Below are positions 53,373 through 64,000 of a DNA stretch of 64,000 nt, one piece after another. How positions within the stretch are numbered: position 1 is the first letter of the stretch; every line of letters starts with the position of its first letter. Source of the DNA: Catajapyx aquilonaris (Eukaryota); the NCBI GenBank assembly GCA_000934665.2, contig JYFJ02000332.1:1-64000 (forward strand), written 5' to 3'. Under the pieces are notes generated by a model. That model had not been told where the DNA came from. It did no database searches and was given only the letters and a program-made list of their open reading frames with translations. The position numbers and the translations under genes are program-made.

Positions 53373-53374
<2 letters not shown>

Positions 53375-53450
<76 letters not shown>
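53375..53450. repeat. (CT)38 microsatellite
   Basis: Perfect dinucleotide run, directly visible. Confidence 0.97.
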
Positions 53451-53454
<4 letters not shown>

Positions 53455-53482
53455 TTATAGCACCAAGGAGACCAAAACGTAC

Positions 53483-53650
53483 CGTTTTCGAACTCTTAGG
53501 CCACGGAAACCAACACCACCTGTTGGTTGGAGACAAACTGGAGTCGTCATCATCATCGTCCTTCTGTGCATTTTCAACCTTCTTCTTCTTCTCGTCGTTA
53601 CCACTGGCCTCCGGACTGCTGGCCGGCTTGGTCACAAAAATGATAGCCAT
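53483..53650 (-). CDS. Candidate alternative first coding exon of DYRK (MAIIFVTKPASSPEASGNDEKKKKVENAQKDDDDDDSSLSPTNRWCWFPWPKSSKT)
   Basis: Optimal Kozak context CACCATGG, 56 open codons and a phase-0 donor ACG|GTACGT. A CpG-rich leader lies upstream and a (GA)n tract just inside the intron. Confidence 0.55.
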
Positions 53651-56600
53651 GGTGCGCACACATCACCAGTGTTCCGGCATCACTCGTCGCGCACCACTCA
53701 CCCGTGCATGATGCAGTCCACGTGGGCAACGATGCCCGAAGCACTGTTGCTTCCCAACTGTGTCCGACCGAGTGTGCAAATGCTCGCGTTTGCTTGTGGT
53801 GCTTCTCACCCAATCGACTGCAGTGAGCCTGCGCCTAAAACTGCCGCTCCTTGCCCACATGCTACCCCCATGTATCCAGCTTACGTCTCACATCATCCGC
53901 TACGTTACATCAGGGGCCTCGCCCATTATTATCGCTGTCCTGACCTAGCTATCTGGATTATCTGGCGTCTAATTATACGGGGAGGTTGGATCTATTATTA
54001 ATGGGACGCCTGACAACTTTAACTGGGAAAGGGTATAAGGAGGGTGACAATTGGCAAGCCGCATAATGCAGGTCAGGAGAATATTTGAATTAGAATGAAT
54101 ACTGCGCATTTGACGCGTTTTGTAATCTGAAGTAATAAAATCGCTATAGCGACCAGCCCTTTTGGGTTACTTCCATGTCAATTGACGCTATTGTTTATTA
54201 TTTTCGCCGATTTCAATCAATATTAACTTCAATCAACGGAATTGACTGACAAAGCCGGATAATGCGTATGACAAAACCAGCAACATGGAAACCATCACGA
54301 CATTTCTCTACAAAAGAGGTGACCATAATATTCGCTCTAAAAAGTTGGTGCTATTTCAAGTGAAGAGGGTATTAAAACCACTCCCACTGAAAAGTACTAA
54401 CAATTAAAAAGGTAATTTTGAGAGTGCCCATTAACAATTAGCTGCAGTTATACACACTTTTCAGAAGTGCGTTTTGGGACTACTCTTGCTAGCACGCACG
54501 TGCTACCTGTATTATAACTATTGCATAACTCTACAAATGGCCAATTCGCCCGAAATGAACGGTATCTCCTAGCCACAGGGACTATTGGTACAAAATTAAA
54601 CACTATCCCACAAACTCCGCAATGTTTGCAAATGAGACCATTCCCATCTGCGTGATGGGAATCTCCCCCATATGCACGGGCGGTTTCGGTACGCCATGCA
54701 GCAGTCACACAACCAAATATGCTAAACGTACATTTTGGTGAGCAACTTGCCAACCGGATCCCCTGCCAGAACCATGGAGCAATGACACCATTCAGAAAAC
54801 AAGAACTGAAATTGACGGTTTTCTTTTGTCGTATAGATACAGACCCCCATGTGTACTGCAGCACCACTGCAGCCCATTTACGAGTCTGGCCACGATATTT
54901 TTTTCAGGAACCGCCACAGGAGTGGGGTCTCACAGGCACAAAACAAACATGGACCTCCACTGGATTTACCTCTCCTTGATCCAGACTGGATGATGAATCA
55001 TGGTTCCAGCTGGGCCCACATCTCACGACCCGCAACACCGCGGTTTTAGGCCCGGAAGAAACCCTAGTATATTCTGGTTAGAGGTATCGGAGGAGGTGCT
55101 TCCTCATTTGGTATGGCTGTTCCGGGAATTCGCCTGGCAGGTCCATACGAAGATTTGACTCTTCCTCCGCACCTTTGTATAAATTCTGACGTCGTCTTAT
55201 GGTGACAAACCCCCCCCCNNTCTACTTTTTTTTACTTTTGCTGGGACTCGAGCCATTGGCGTAGTCCCTTTTCGTAAATGTTTAACTACCACTATTTCAA
55301 TTCCAGTGGGGGATCCGCAAAGTGAGAAAGCTCGAGATGCTGCGCTTACTGCGGAACTCCTTAAATTTGATGTTCCCACAGGAATCTCGCGTTCCAGAAA
55401 AAAGAGAGAGAAAAAAAACTTATCGTGACGGGAGACTCCTAGTGTCGCAAATTGCCATTCTTTGGGACCTTCCTGCCAAGCCCAAAATACCTGTCGTGTC
55501 GAGTTAGCGTGTCCTGTATTTTAAAAACCCTCTTTGGAATGATGTTAATATAATGTCACGTGTTTCATCAGAAGCCGTACAAAATCGGTGTAAACACTGG
55601 TAGTACCGTGGCTCGCCCATGTTACGTAATAATCACTTGTCATAATCACGACGACAATCCCAAATTGCTGACCGACGGGAAATGACCGTGAACCCGCCCT
55701 TTGCCGAGGATTAATGTGCGAAGGGTAAGCTTTTCCACCTTGTCATGCCAACGTGCCGCCCATGTTCTATGGGGCTGGGCTTATGGCTCAAGCACGCCAT
55801 CTTTGTTCTTTTCTGGTTCCAATATCGAGGAATTCATGACAGCCAATATGATGCACTATTTTACTACCGTTTCATGCAGCATGGAATCGTAATCCTATAT
55901 ACATATTTATGCCAGATTATAGGGATTCACTGACTCACCCGGAGTTTAGTGCCGTGTAACTCACTGGCTCCGGAACAACTGCTTTGATGTGCAGTAAAAT
56001 CTAGGCTACATTCCGAGATTATGGTCTCTCATGTCCCTCGTTTTATTTGTAGAGCGTCAAATGAAACATCCAGAACGGACATATTCCAGTATGAATTTGA
56101 AATTTAAAACATAGTTTGATCTTCGCTTTCACGAGTCCGAAGAATCGCTCAGCTGCCAATGTTTTCTTTCCATCCGATTATTCACAATCATTAAAAAATG
56201 CCCCAATTCAATAATTATGTTCAATCATTAAAATTCGGCAACTTTTGAGGCTAATCGCATTACATTTATGCGCTACTTAAAAGCTTTTCAGTTTGCAATA
56301 ACTAATTTACCTAGTGCTTTACAGTATACGAGGCTAGCTAATACCAACATCAAACAATGATTAGCTCGTACACATTAGACCGCAGATTAACCTTAAACAC
56401 ACTTAGCAGGTTATTTCATGAAAACCCTTGCACAACGCATGCAAATCGGGGTTTATGAAGCTATCTAAAATTCCTCGCGTGCTGTAACCATCTCAGCACG
56501 CTCTCACGCGCTTCTCCAAAACTGGAAAAAAGGACTATGTGTTACACAACCGTATTCGTCGCCAATATTGCCAAGAAAGGATAGATTGATCCAATGCATG

Positions 56601-57593
56601 TTTCATTTTTCTCCTTCTTCGAACCCCTTTAGTGACGACCTCTGCGCAGGTAATCCCGACAATCCCATAACGCAGCAGGGATAGGTATGCAGGTTGGATG
56701 TATAGAATCGATAAACGTCTTCGTATATATATGCTCGCCCGTGGCCTGGTTACAACAGCATGCGTGCACACTACCACTGACGTCACATTGTATTATCCCC
56801 CTGACGTCATGATTTAGGTCGCTTCCTCCGAGGCCACGAAAACTTCTTTACCAGTTTCAAAGTCAGGGTCTCAACAACTGGGGGATCAGTGTTGGCCACT
56901 TGCTTTCAAGTCGACAATAGGCGACTCTATTTTTCAACAGGGCACAAAAGTTGGACACTTATTGATTTACTTCTACGCGTCTGGAGTGCGCAGAAAAAGG
57001 CGAAAGTTAAAGTCACGAGGTGCTTTACAATGTACCGAGCACGGTACGTTTTAAAGCACAGTTTTTGCACGTGCAGCAGTGTTCCAATGTTTCATTCAGG
57101 GTGGGTTGCATGATCGATAGTAAATCCAGAACAAGTGGTTGATCCATGTTATTCACACGTGATTAATATTTCTTGTTCTGGACTTACTGCCCATCATGCA
57201 ACAGGCCCTTAGTGATCTTTGGCGCTTACTTGCTTAGCTATTAAGGAATGACTTTCGAATATTAACATTTATAGGGGCTATCGACAATATTATTTCTAAT
57301 GTTGTATTACATGATAGATGGAAACATCCCTTCAGGCCCTTGCAAGGAATTCCGGAGCTCAAGTTATTAGCAGGATCCATATACCCTGCATCTATTAGCA
57401 TCCTAAGGCACAAGTTGAACAAATTTTTTGAAGACAAAATCTACTGCACCATATATGCGCCAATTCCGCCTTAAATCAGCAGCTCTTATAAATGTTAACC
57501 AGTAAAAATAAATACGCGAAAATTATTAGCCTATACGTACTTAACAAAAGAAAACTTTCTATTGTTAAGTAATAATTTTCGAGTATTTACTTA

Positions 57594-58134
57594 CAAGGGA
57601 AGTGTCTGTAGGGCCATCGGCCAATCGGCCCGAAAATGACACTAGGGGTAAATCGCAGGCCAGAAATTCATTGGTGAAAGTAAAAAGTCGCATTAGCCAA
57701 GCGTTTTCGAGCATCGGCAGAAGAAAAAAAAAGTAATGCACTTCCCAGCAAGCTGTTTATTTATTCCTGTTGATTGCAAAAGGGAAGATATGCGGTGATA
57801 AACGGTGTTGGGGAATAAAGAAAAAGAAACCGATGCTCTGAGACGAGAGAGGGAGGGGGGGAAAAAAGTCGCTTCCCGCGGACTTGAACACCGAGACTTC
57901 GGATCATGACGCGGACGCTCTACCGACTGAGCCACGAAGACTGTTTATAATTTCTTCTGCCGAATGCGCCCCATTGTCACCGAGCAGGTTTGCCGGGCAC
58001 CTATAGTCGCCCATATCTCGAAAACGCTTGGCTAATGCGACTTTTTACTTTCACCAATGAATTTCTGGCCTGCGATTTACCCCTAGTGTCATTTTCGGGC
58101 CGATTGGCCGATGGTCCTACAGACACTTCCCTTG
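57594..58134. mobile_element. 541-bp non-autonomous DNA transposon with 118-bp TIRs and TTA TSD
   Basis: 57594-57711 is the reverse complement of 58017-58134 with one mismatch seen. TTA occurs at 57591-57593 and 58135-58137. There is an additional inner inverted repeat at 57714-57726 / 57951-57963. Confidence 0.92.
57869..57941 (-). pseudogene. tRNA-derived sequence (CAT at anticodon position) inside the MITE
   Basis: GTCTTCGTGGCTCAGTCGGTAGAGCGTCCGCGTCATGATCCGAAGTCTCGGTGTTCAAGTCCGCGGGAAGCGA then T6. The D-arm/A box and B box are intact, but the acceptor, anticodon and T stems pair poorly. Confidence 0.7.
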
Positions 58135-61100
58135 TTAGTGTGCAAATAATATCTATTAAAAGACACTCAACTGGTGTAGACATAGTATAGGATGGTATAA
58201 TTTACTGTCCGTTGAGTTATCAATATTTCGTCAGTGAGCTGCTTATTTTAAGCAGACACTTTGAAGTAATTACTTTTCGTGGCTATCAAAAGTATTTTCT
58301 GCTAATATCAGTTTGTGGGGATCAATTCTTTGAAACGCCTGCAAGGGATCTGGTTTGAAAAATGGGTTTCTGTCACTGATGTTCGAGGCCAATACGTACG
58401 TACACTTCCACTAGCCATTCCCTATCTGAAATTTCTTGTAAATCAGAGTTTGGTTAGGTAATTCAATTCTTTCTCATATTAGCCGCTAACAATTTTGATA
58501 GCCGCTAAAAGTAACTGCTTAAAAATAATCAGCGTGTGTGTATATATAGTCAGAAATCGTTAGAAAAACGGGCATTTCAATAAACACCATGAATAGTATA
58601 ACTCAACAGCCAATTACGAAAATAATTATACATAATAATCAAATTAATGAGTTGGCGATATTTATCTAAATATAAAATCAATACATATCGACAGTGGTTG
58701 ATAAAGCAGTAAATACATAGCAACACAGGTGCTGCTTCTGATATAGAGGACCCATTAATTATCCACACGGACAGACTATATGTTTATCACATCAGTGTTT
58801 ACATACAGAGAACCTGAAATTAAATACTGTGCAAGGTTGCGCCTACGCGCTCTAAATAAAAAATGCAACGTGGGCGACCAACACTAAGCAATTACACCCA
58901 GTCACGGTAATATACCACCAAAGAAAAGCTACATAATCAGGTTAAAGAGTATACCTACCGACGCGACGGGAACACTGTCATCCGACTAACCTACATAAGA
59001 CTATTTTTGGAAACAAATGCCGCCACCCTACTGAGCAGACTTCGATTAGAAAAGCTAATATAGAATAGCTTGTTGAATATAGCACCAAAATGATCGTAGG
59101 GTCGAAGTCAATTAAGTTGGTTCTGCATTATACCCGTACTTGATATACAGGAAGATTACAGAATTCTCAAGCTCCCTTCAAACCAAGAAATTCGTCCCTT
59201 TCATCTGAAGGGTGCAGCAAAGAGAACAAAAGGGGTCCTCGAGATCGATGCTAACGAGGACGCAATATTGGCAGGCTAATGAAGGTGCAATGGAGAAGAT
59301 TCCAGGCCACACAAAAGTTGCTGCTCCCACACTTCTAATGTTCATCAGACAAGTGAGAAATGATCCAATTCTACGTATATTGTTGTGTTTTGCTATTCTG
59401 CATTGCCCATCCGCATTATCCATTCAGGTGAACCGCGTGAAGTTATTAATTCATTTGTTATGTACTGTCTGACAGCAGGACAATTGGTGTATGAATATGC
59501 TGATTAGCTATTATCTGTACTGCGAATGCACAGATGAAACAATTATTTTGAAACGGTGGAAACAACCCTTTGTGGATTACACTTGTCGGTTCCTTTCTGC
59601 CAGTCAGTTCGTTGCGGATGAGTTGCGGTATGCGGCTTCTCGTAATGTGACCCGATGCTGACATTAACAGAGACGCTGACATTACGTGAAACCAAGGTGA
59701 AACTGGTTACTAGAGTGGAAGCATGATATTCAAATACATGCTAAGCCTACCATCATGTTATTATAACTGCTGAAACGTATTGTTGGAGTTTTAACAAAAT
59801 ATTTAATGGGTGACCGGGTCCTGCCGTCACTGGCTTACTTTTATAACAAACCAGCTTAAATGCGGCAAAGTACTTAAAAATAACATCCCAAAATAGAGTC
59901 AAGGATAGCATGTGAATCCTTGTTTTATCCCAGGCTTTCATGTGACTAGGATTTTAAAGATTCGGTGCTCGGGTGCCGGAACAATGTCCTCAATCGCTCG
60001 AGTAACTATGTCATAATGCATCCCTTGACGCGCGCGGACTGTATACACTGTAGACACAGTACGAGGTCAAACCAATAGGTCAGAAGCTTAGTTGCAAAAT
60101 GATACCGGTAAATGGACCGGCGCGGCGTGTGCACAAAAAAGTGGAACTCCATGCAGTACACTGAGTACAGTATAGCCAACGCAGATTTTTTTTAAATGCA
60201 GTCACACACTGGGCAATTATAAATACCGCAGAATATGAATTTTATGTTTCCGGCGAAGCGAAAAAAAACACTCACTTTCAGTGGCTAGAACACAATTCGA
60301 CATGCGGGGTTTTTGCAATTCACTCTTTGCAGGCGAATAAACAAGACTCTGCGCTGCCATGTGGTTTGAAGATGCATATAGGATAACAAGGGCAGGTTTT
60401 ATTATAAACAAAATCTTCCATCTGTAATATCTAAAAATTCAACGGCACCAAGAAGCTGTAAAACATTCTGCAATAATCCGGCATATTCAGTTCCTACAGC
60501 ATTAAAAGTTGTAGAATTAGTGATTAATACCAATCATGTGTCACGGTTCATGCTACAGCATAATTTTTCATCTTTTAATGGCATATAGAGTCATGGCACA
60601 TCGGCACACCTATGACAGATTGGATGTTTTCTGGCGCATACGTGGAAAATGTTCTTCGCTGTAATGGAACCTTTGAATTACGCAAGCTAAGTCTTGTAGA
60701 AATAATGTTATTATTAGAAATTTCCGAGCCCTTTCTCTATGAATTATAGCAGGTTGAGTTGTTAATAGCTTATATCGTTTTAAATATTTCAGAGGAATTT
60801 ACTGCCCAAGCCCCCAGTGCACTAGGCCACTAGGGTATAGGTGAAAAAGTTAGTGACTGACTGACTGTGAACTCTGGAAGCCTGCTGTTAGAAACAATCA
60901 GGGTCATACAGCATATTATGATTCTCTTTGTTAATTATCTTTACACTGTTTGTTGGGGGTGAGTAATCTCTAATTTGTTCATCCACATATCGCGTGTTAA
61001 TCTAGAGATTTATGCAGTGCACTACCCTGTGAAATTGTATGCATTATTAATAGTACTTTGTAGTCCAGTCACCTTTCTCTGCGTAAAAGGACAAGTAGCA

Positions 61101-64000
61101 AATCGATTTAAAAAATAGCGTCTAGTGTAAATAGCAGTAATGATCGGAGCTTCGAGGGCGGCTGTCATCACTGTAAGGTCCTTAACTTGAATATGCGGTG
61201 GAAACAATTGATTATTTCAATGTGTTTAGTTAACCTATACCAGGAATACAGTGTTCCGTGAACCCTAACACCGAGCCGGTAGATGCGAATAAGCAAATCA
61301 GTGAAAGAAACTGTAGGGCTTGTGTTTGTCTATTGAGTTACTTAAACAGCATGCTGGTTACGGTATGTCAATAAATGGGACCTCTAGGCACTTTGTTGCA
61401 GAAGTTTAAAACAATCATCGACATCAGTCACATCACTCTGCCCCGGATGTGATCATATACCGCCAAGTAAATCAATGTAGACTTTAACAGCACTTGAAAA
61501 TTGCGCAGAATAATTTCCAGTGTTAAACAGTGTGACACCCGAGGTGACAACGCAGTAGCTCACAATAACAGTAAACAGGGCTGGCATGAACAGCCGTCTC
61601 CTGTCAGTTCATACGCACATTATGTAAAATAGACACATTCTACATGTGGTGTTCTCTGCTAGTGACGCAATTAAAAGCAACAAAAAATCAATCACACTCT
61701 TTACACAATAACTACATGTGCAGAGCACGAGATCAACCAACTTTGCATAGCCATTTAAATATTACACTGCTCCCAACGACCCATATTGGCGATGCAAGGG
61801 CACCCCAACTCCCAAAATAGCCTACAACAATATTTATTTTGCACCTGAATTCCACTACCCTGACAATGAAATCAATTCGACCCATAATGCCCACGTCCTC
61901 TTGGTACCACGAATCCGCCTCATTCCCGCAACCCAAGACTTATGCCGCCATTAATATCCAGGAGCTGTCACCCAGTTCTATGCGAAAATGAAATTGATGG
62001 AGCTAGTCTAGGAGGAGCCCCCGCCCTTTTTTTGGGGTCAAGTACAAAACCCCCTCCCAAACTGACCTCGCCACAAGGCCACTAATGAACCTGGCACGTG
62101 ATTAAGCTTATCACGCCGACCACAGGACGGATAAGGGGCGTAGTTAGAACAACGGCGGCGAAAAAAAAAACACGCTAATGTGCAGCAAGGGTTTATGGAA
62201 AGCACCTTGGATTATAATGACCAAGTGGCCTTGTAACCTACACACAAGCATGTCCAAGGTGGCTACGAAAAGAAGCTTCGAGCATATAAACGATGTGATA
62301 TCGATTCTATAGCAGGTGGGCTTTCCAGTTTACTACTTGCGTGCCTTTACAAGCACATTTCATTAGAAATTGTGACGTGACCTATTGCAAGGTCGTCCTT
62401 TTGTCTTACACGCCAATCATTTTCAATGTATCGGACATGAAAGTCGGAAATGTTCACAGTTTTCAATAGTATCGAGTTAATTGTTTTACTATCAGTATAG
62501 TATCAGACCTATTTGTTTGCAGCTCCCAACAGGTATAGGCCGGACCCCGGACTATCTACGTGTCGCAAAAACCGCCTGTATTATTTAAAACCAGGCCGAG
62601 TAGTAAAAGTGTCCTATTCCAAAATAGTTTCTTGATAGTGGCCAGGGAGCAGCATATCCTACGCGGCAGATCCACCACGTTCGGTTTTCCGCGGCCAGAT
62701 GGCACTAGCTCCACCAAATACGGGCCTACTGTATTATGAATGACGTTACACCAGCAAAATGCACAATTAGCTTCAAATAGCTTAGGCAATGATCACTAAC
62801 GACATTAAAATGAAGCCTAAATAAACGGATGAAAAATCATTCAACTCGTAACAAGACATTCAAAAAAATAATAAATTTATACTGTAATTACTACAATAAT
62901 GGTATGCACATGTTATTACCACCCTTGATTTATTACATTCATATGCGTCGTGGGCCGTACGTGCTCGATTATAGGCCAACATTTAATGGGAGTCAAGATT
63001 GGCCCGGTTCTCTCCATGGAATCAAGATGCAATTAATTTTTCAGGGGTTCATAAAAGTGGTGTATTATGCCACAACCTTGCAGGTTCCTTTTTGTTCCCT
63101 TTGCAAGGAGGTAGGTATGACATTTTCTTGTTACGAGAACTTCTCATTAAAACCCCAAGAATTCCTAGTGGGAGACAAGGAACTGCACAGTGGAACAGAG
63201 CTGCGCCGAATGTAATAAGAAAGTAGAATGAAGGTTCATTAGGTTCAGTCCAGATTAGCCAGGATCGTGTACTGTATGGGAACATTATGAACTGTACAGT
63301 AACGGAGACGCACTCAACTCACATGACCAGTATAACAATATTAACAAAGCCCTTTTACGTGCAGTCATAACTAATATTGGCTTGGGACTCCAGCAAAGTG
63401 GCCCTTATTTGCCTATTTGCCCTACATTTTAAGCTCCTAGCAACCTGGGTCAGAGGACCAAAATTCCAAAAATGCTACATTGTGCCCCGCGCCATTATGT
63501 AATATTGATCCCTGTCGCGATCTTCCAATAGCAAATCCCTTTTCCCTCTCCCGTTATATCCCGCGATCTTTCGCATCGCTTAACCCTGACAGACACCCTG
63601 ATTGGCCTGTATAGTCAAAGGAGCGGATTTGTACGGGCTGGTAGGATAAGAAGCGAGTGATAGACTGAGCTCTTCTAGACAAGCAACCAGCCACTTTGAA
63701 TGCTTTCCGTCCTGCCGAATACCTTCATGGCTGGGCCCAATTTGGTCACGTGACGGCCACCGAGCCGCGTTGACTATCGACCGACCCACTTCCTCCAAAT
63801 CAACACTCACATCCTACTACAATCTCTCTCACCCACCACCACCCACCCCCCAAGTTCCTTCTTCCTGGGTAGCATCCCTTAACTTGGTTCGTCACCCTTC
63901 CGCCAGATTAATTAAGGTAATTAGCAAACTGATATGCCTGTTTATTTAGCTAAGTTGCCGCCACATTTTGCAGAAATATGCGCACTGCCGTATGGGATAT

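Noticed and set aside
53282..53482. ER-dipeptide repeat protein
   Set aside because: This is the translation of the (GA)n microsatellite beyond the splice donor.
57869..57941. Functional tRNA-Met gene
   Set aside because: The acceptor, anticodon and T stems do not pair properly, and the unit lies inside a transposon.
37400..64000. Remaining short ORFs in the right half as independent genes
   Set aside because: No recognisable domains and no consistent exon chains; lengths are compatible with chance.

Overview
Eukaryotic, intron-containing animal DNA, most likely arthropod (inferred from gene content and repeat types). I reconstructed three protein-coding genes exon by exon from GT-AG sites and reading-frame phase. 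They are a CCDC146/MBO2-like axonemal coiled-coil gene (minus, 7358-19253, 8 coding exons), CCDC43 (plus, 20130-21243, 4 exons), and a class-2 DYRK kinase of the DYRK4/smi35A type (minus, shared exons 23974-32410). The first two are head-to-head across a short CpG-rich promoter containing an RFX X-box; the kinase is tail-to-tail with CCDC43. The roughly 30 kb upstream of the kinase's shared exons holds up to four candidate alternative first coding exons (32.5, 35.8-37.3, 45.1 and 53.5 kb), all ending in phase-0 donors; two share an RW-aromatic-PW motif. A probable non-coding first exon of a fourth gene lies at about 5.1-5.7 kb. Mobile elements include a full-length V-domain tRNA-SINE with TSD, hAT, pogo/Tigger and Sola-like MITEs, a decayed mariner, DINE-like ends, and a young long-TIR MITE carrying a tRNA-derived Pol III cassette. 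By eye, CpG is depleted left of about 26 kb and normal to the right. No prokaryotic-type systems or CRISPR arrays were seen. All family calls rest on motif recognition, not database searches.
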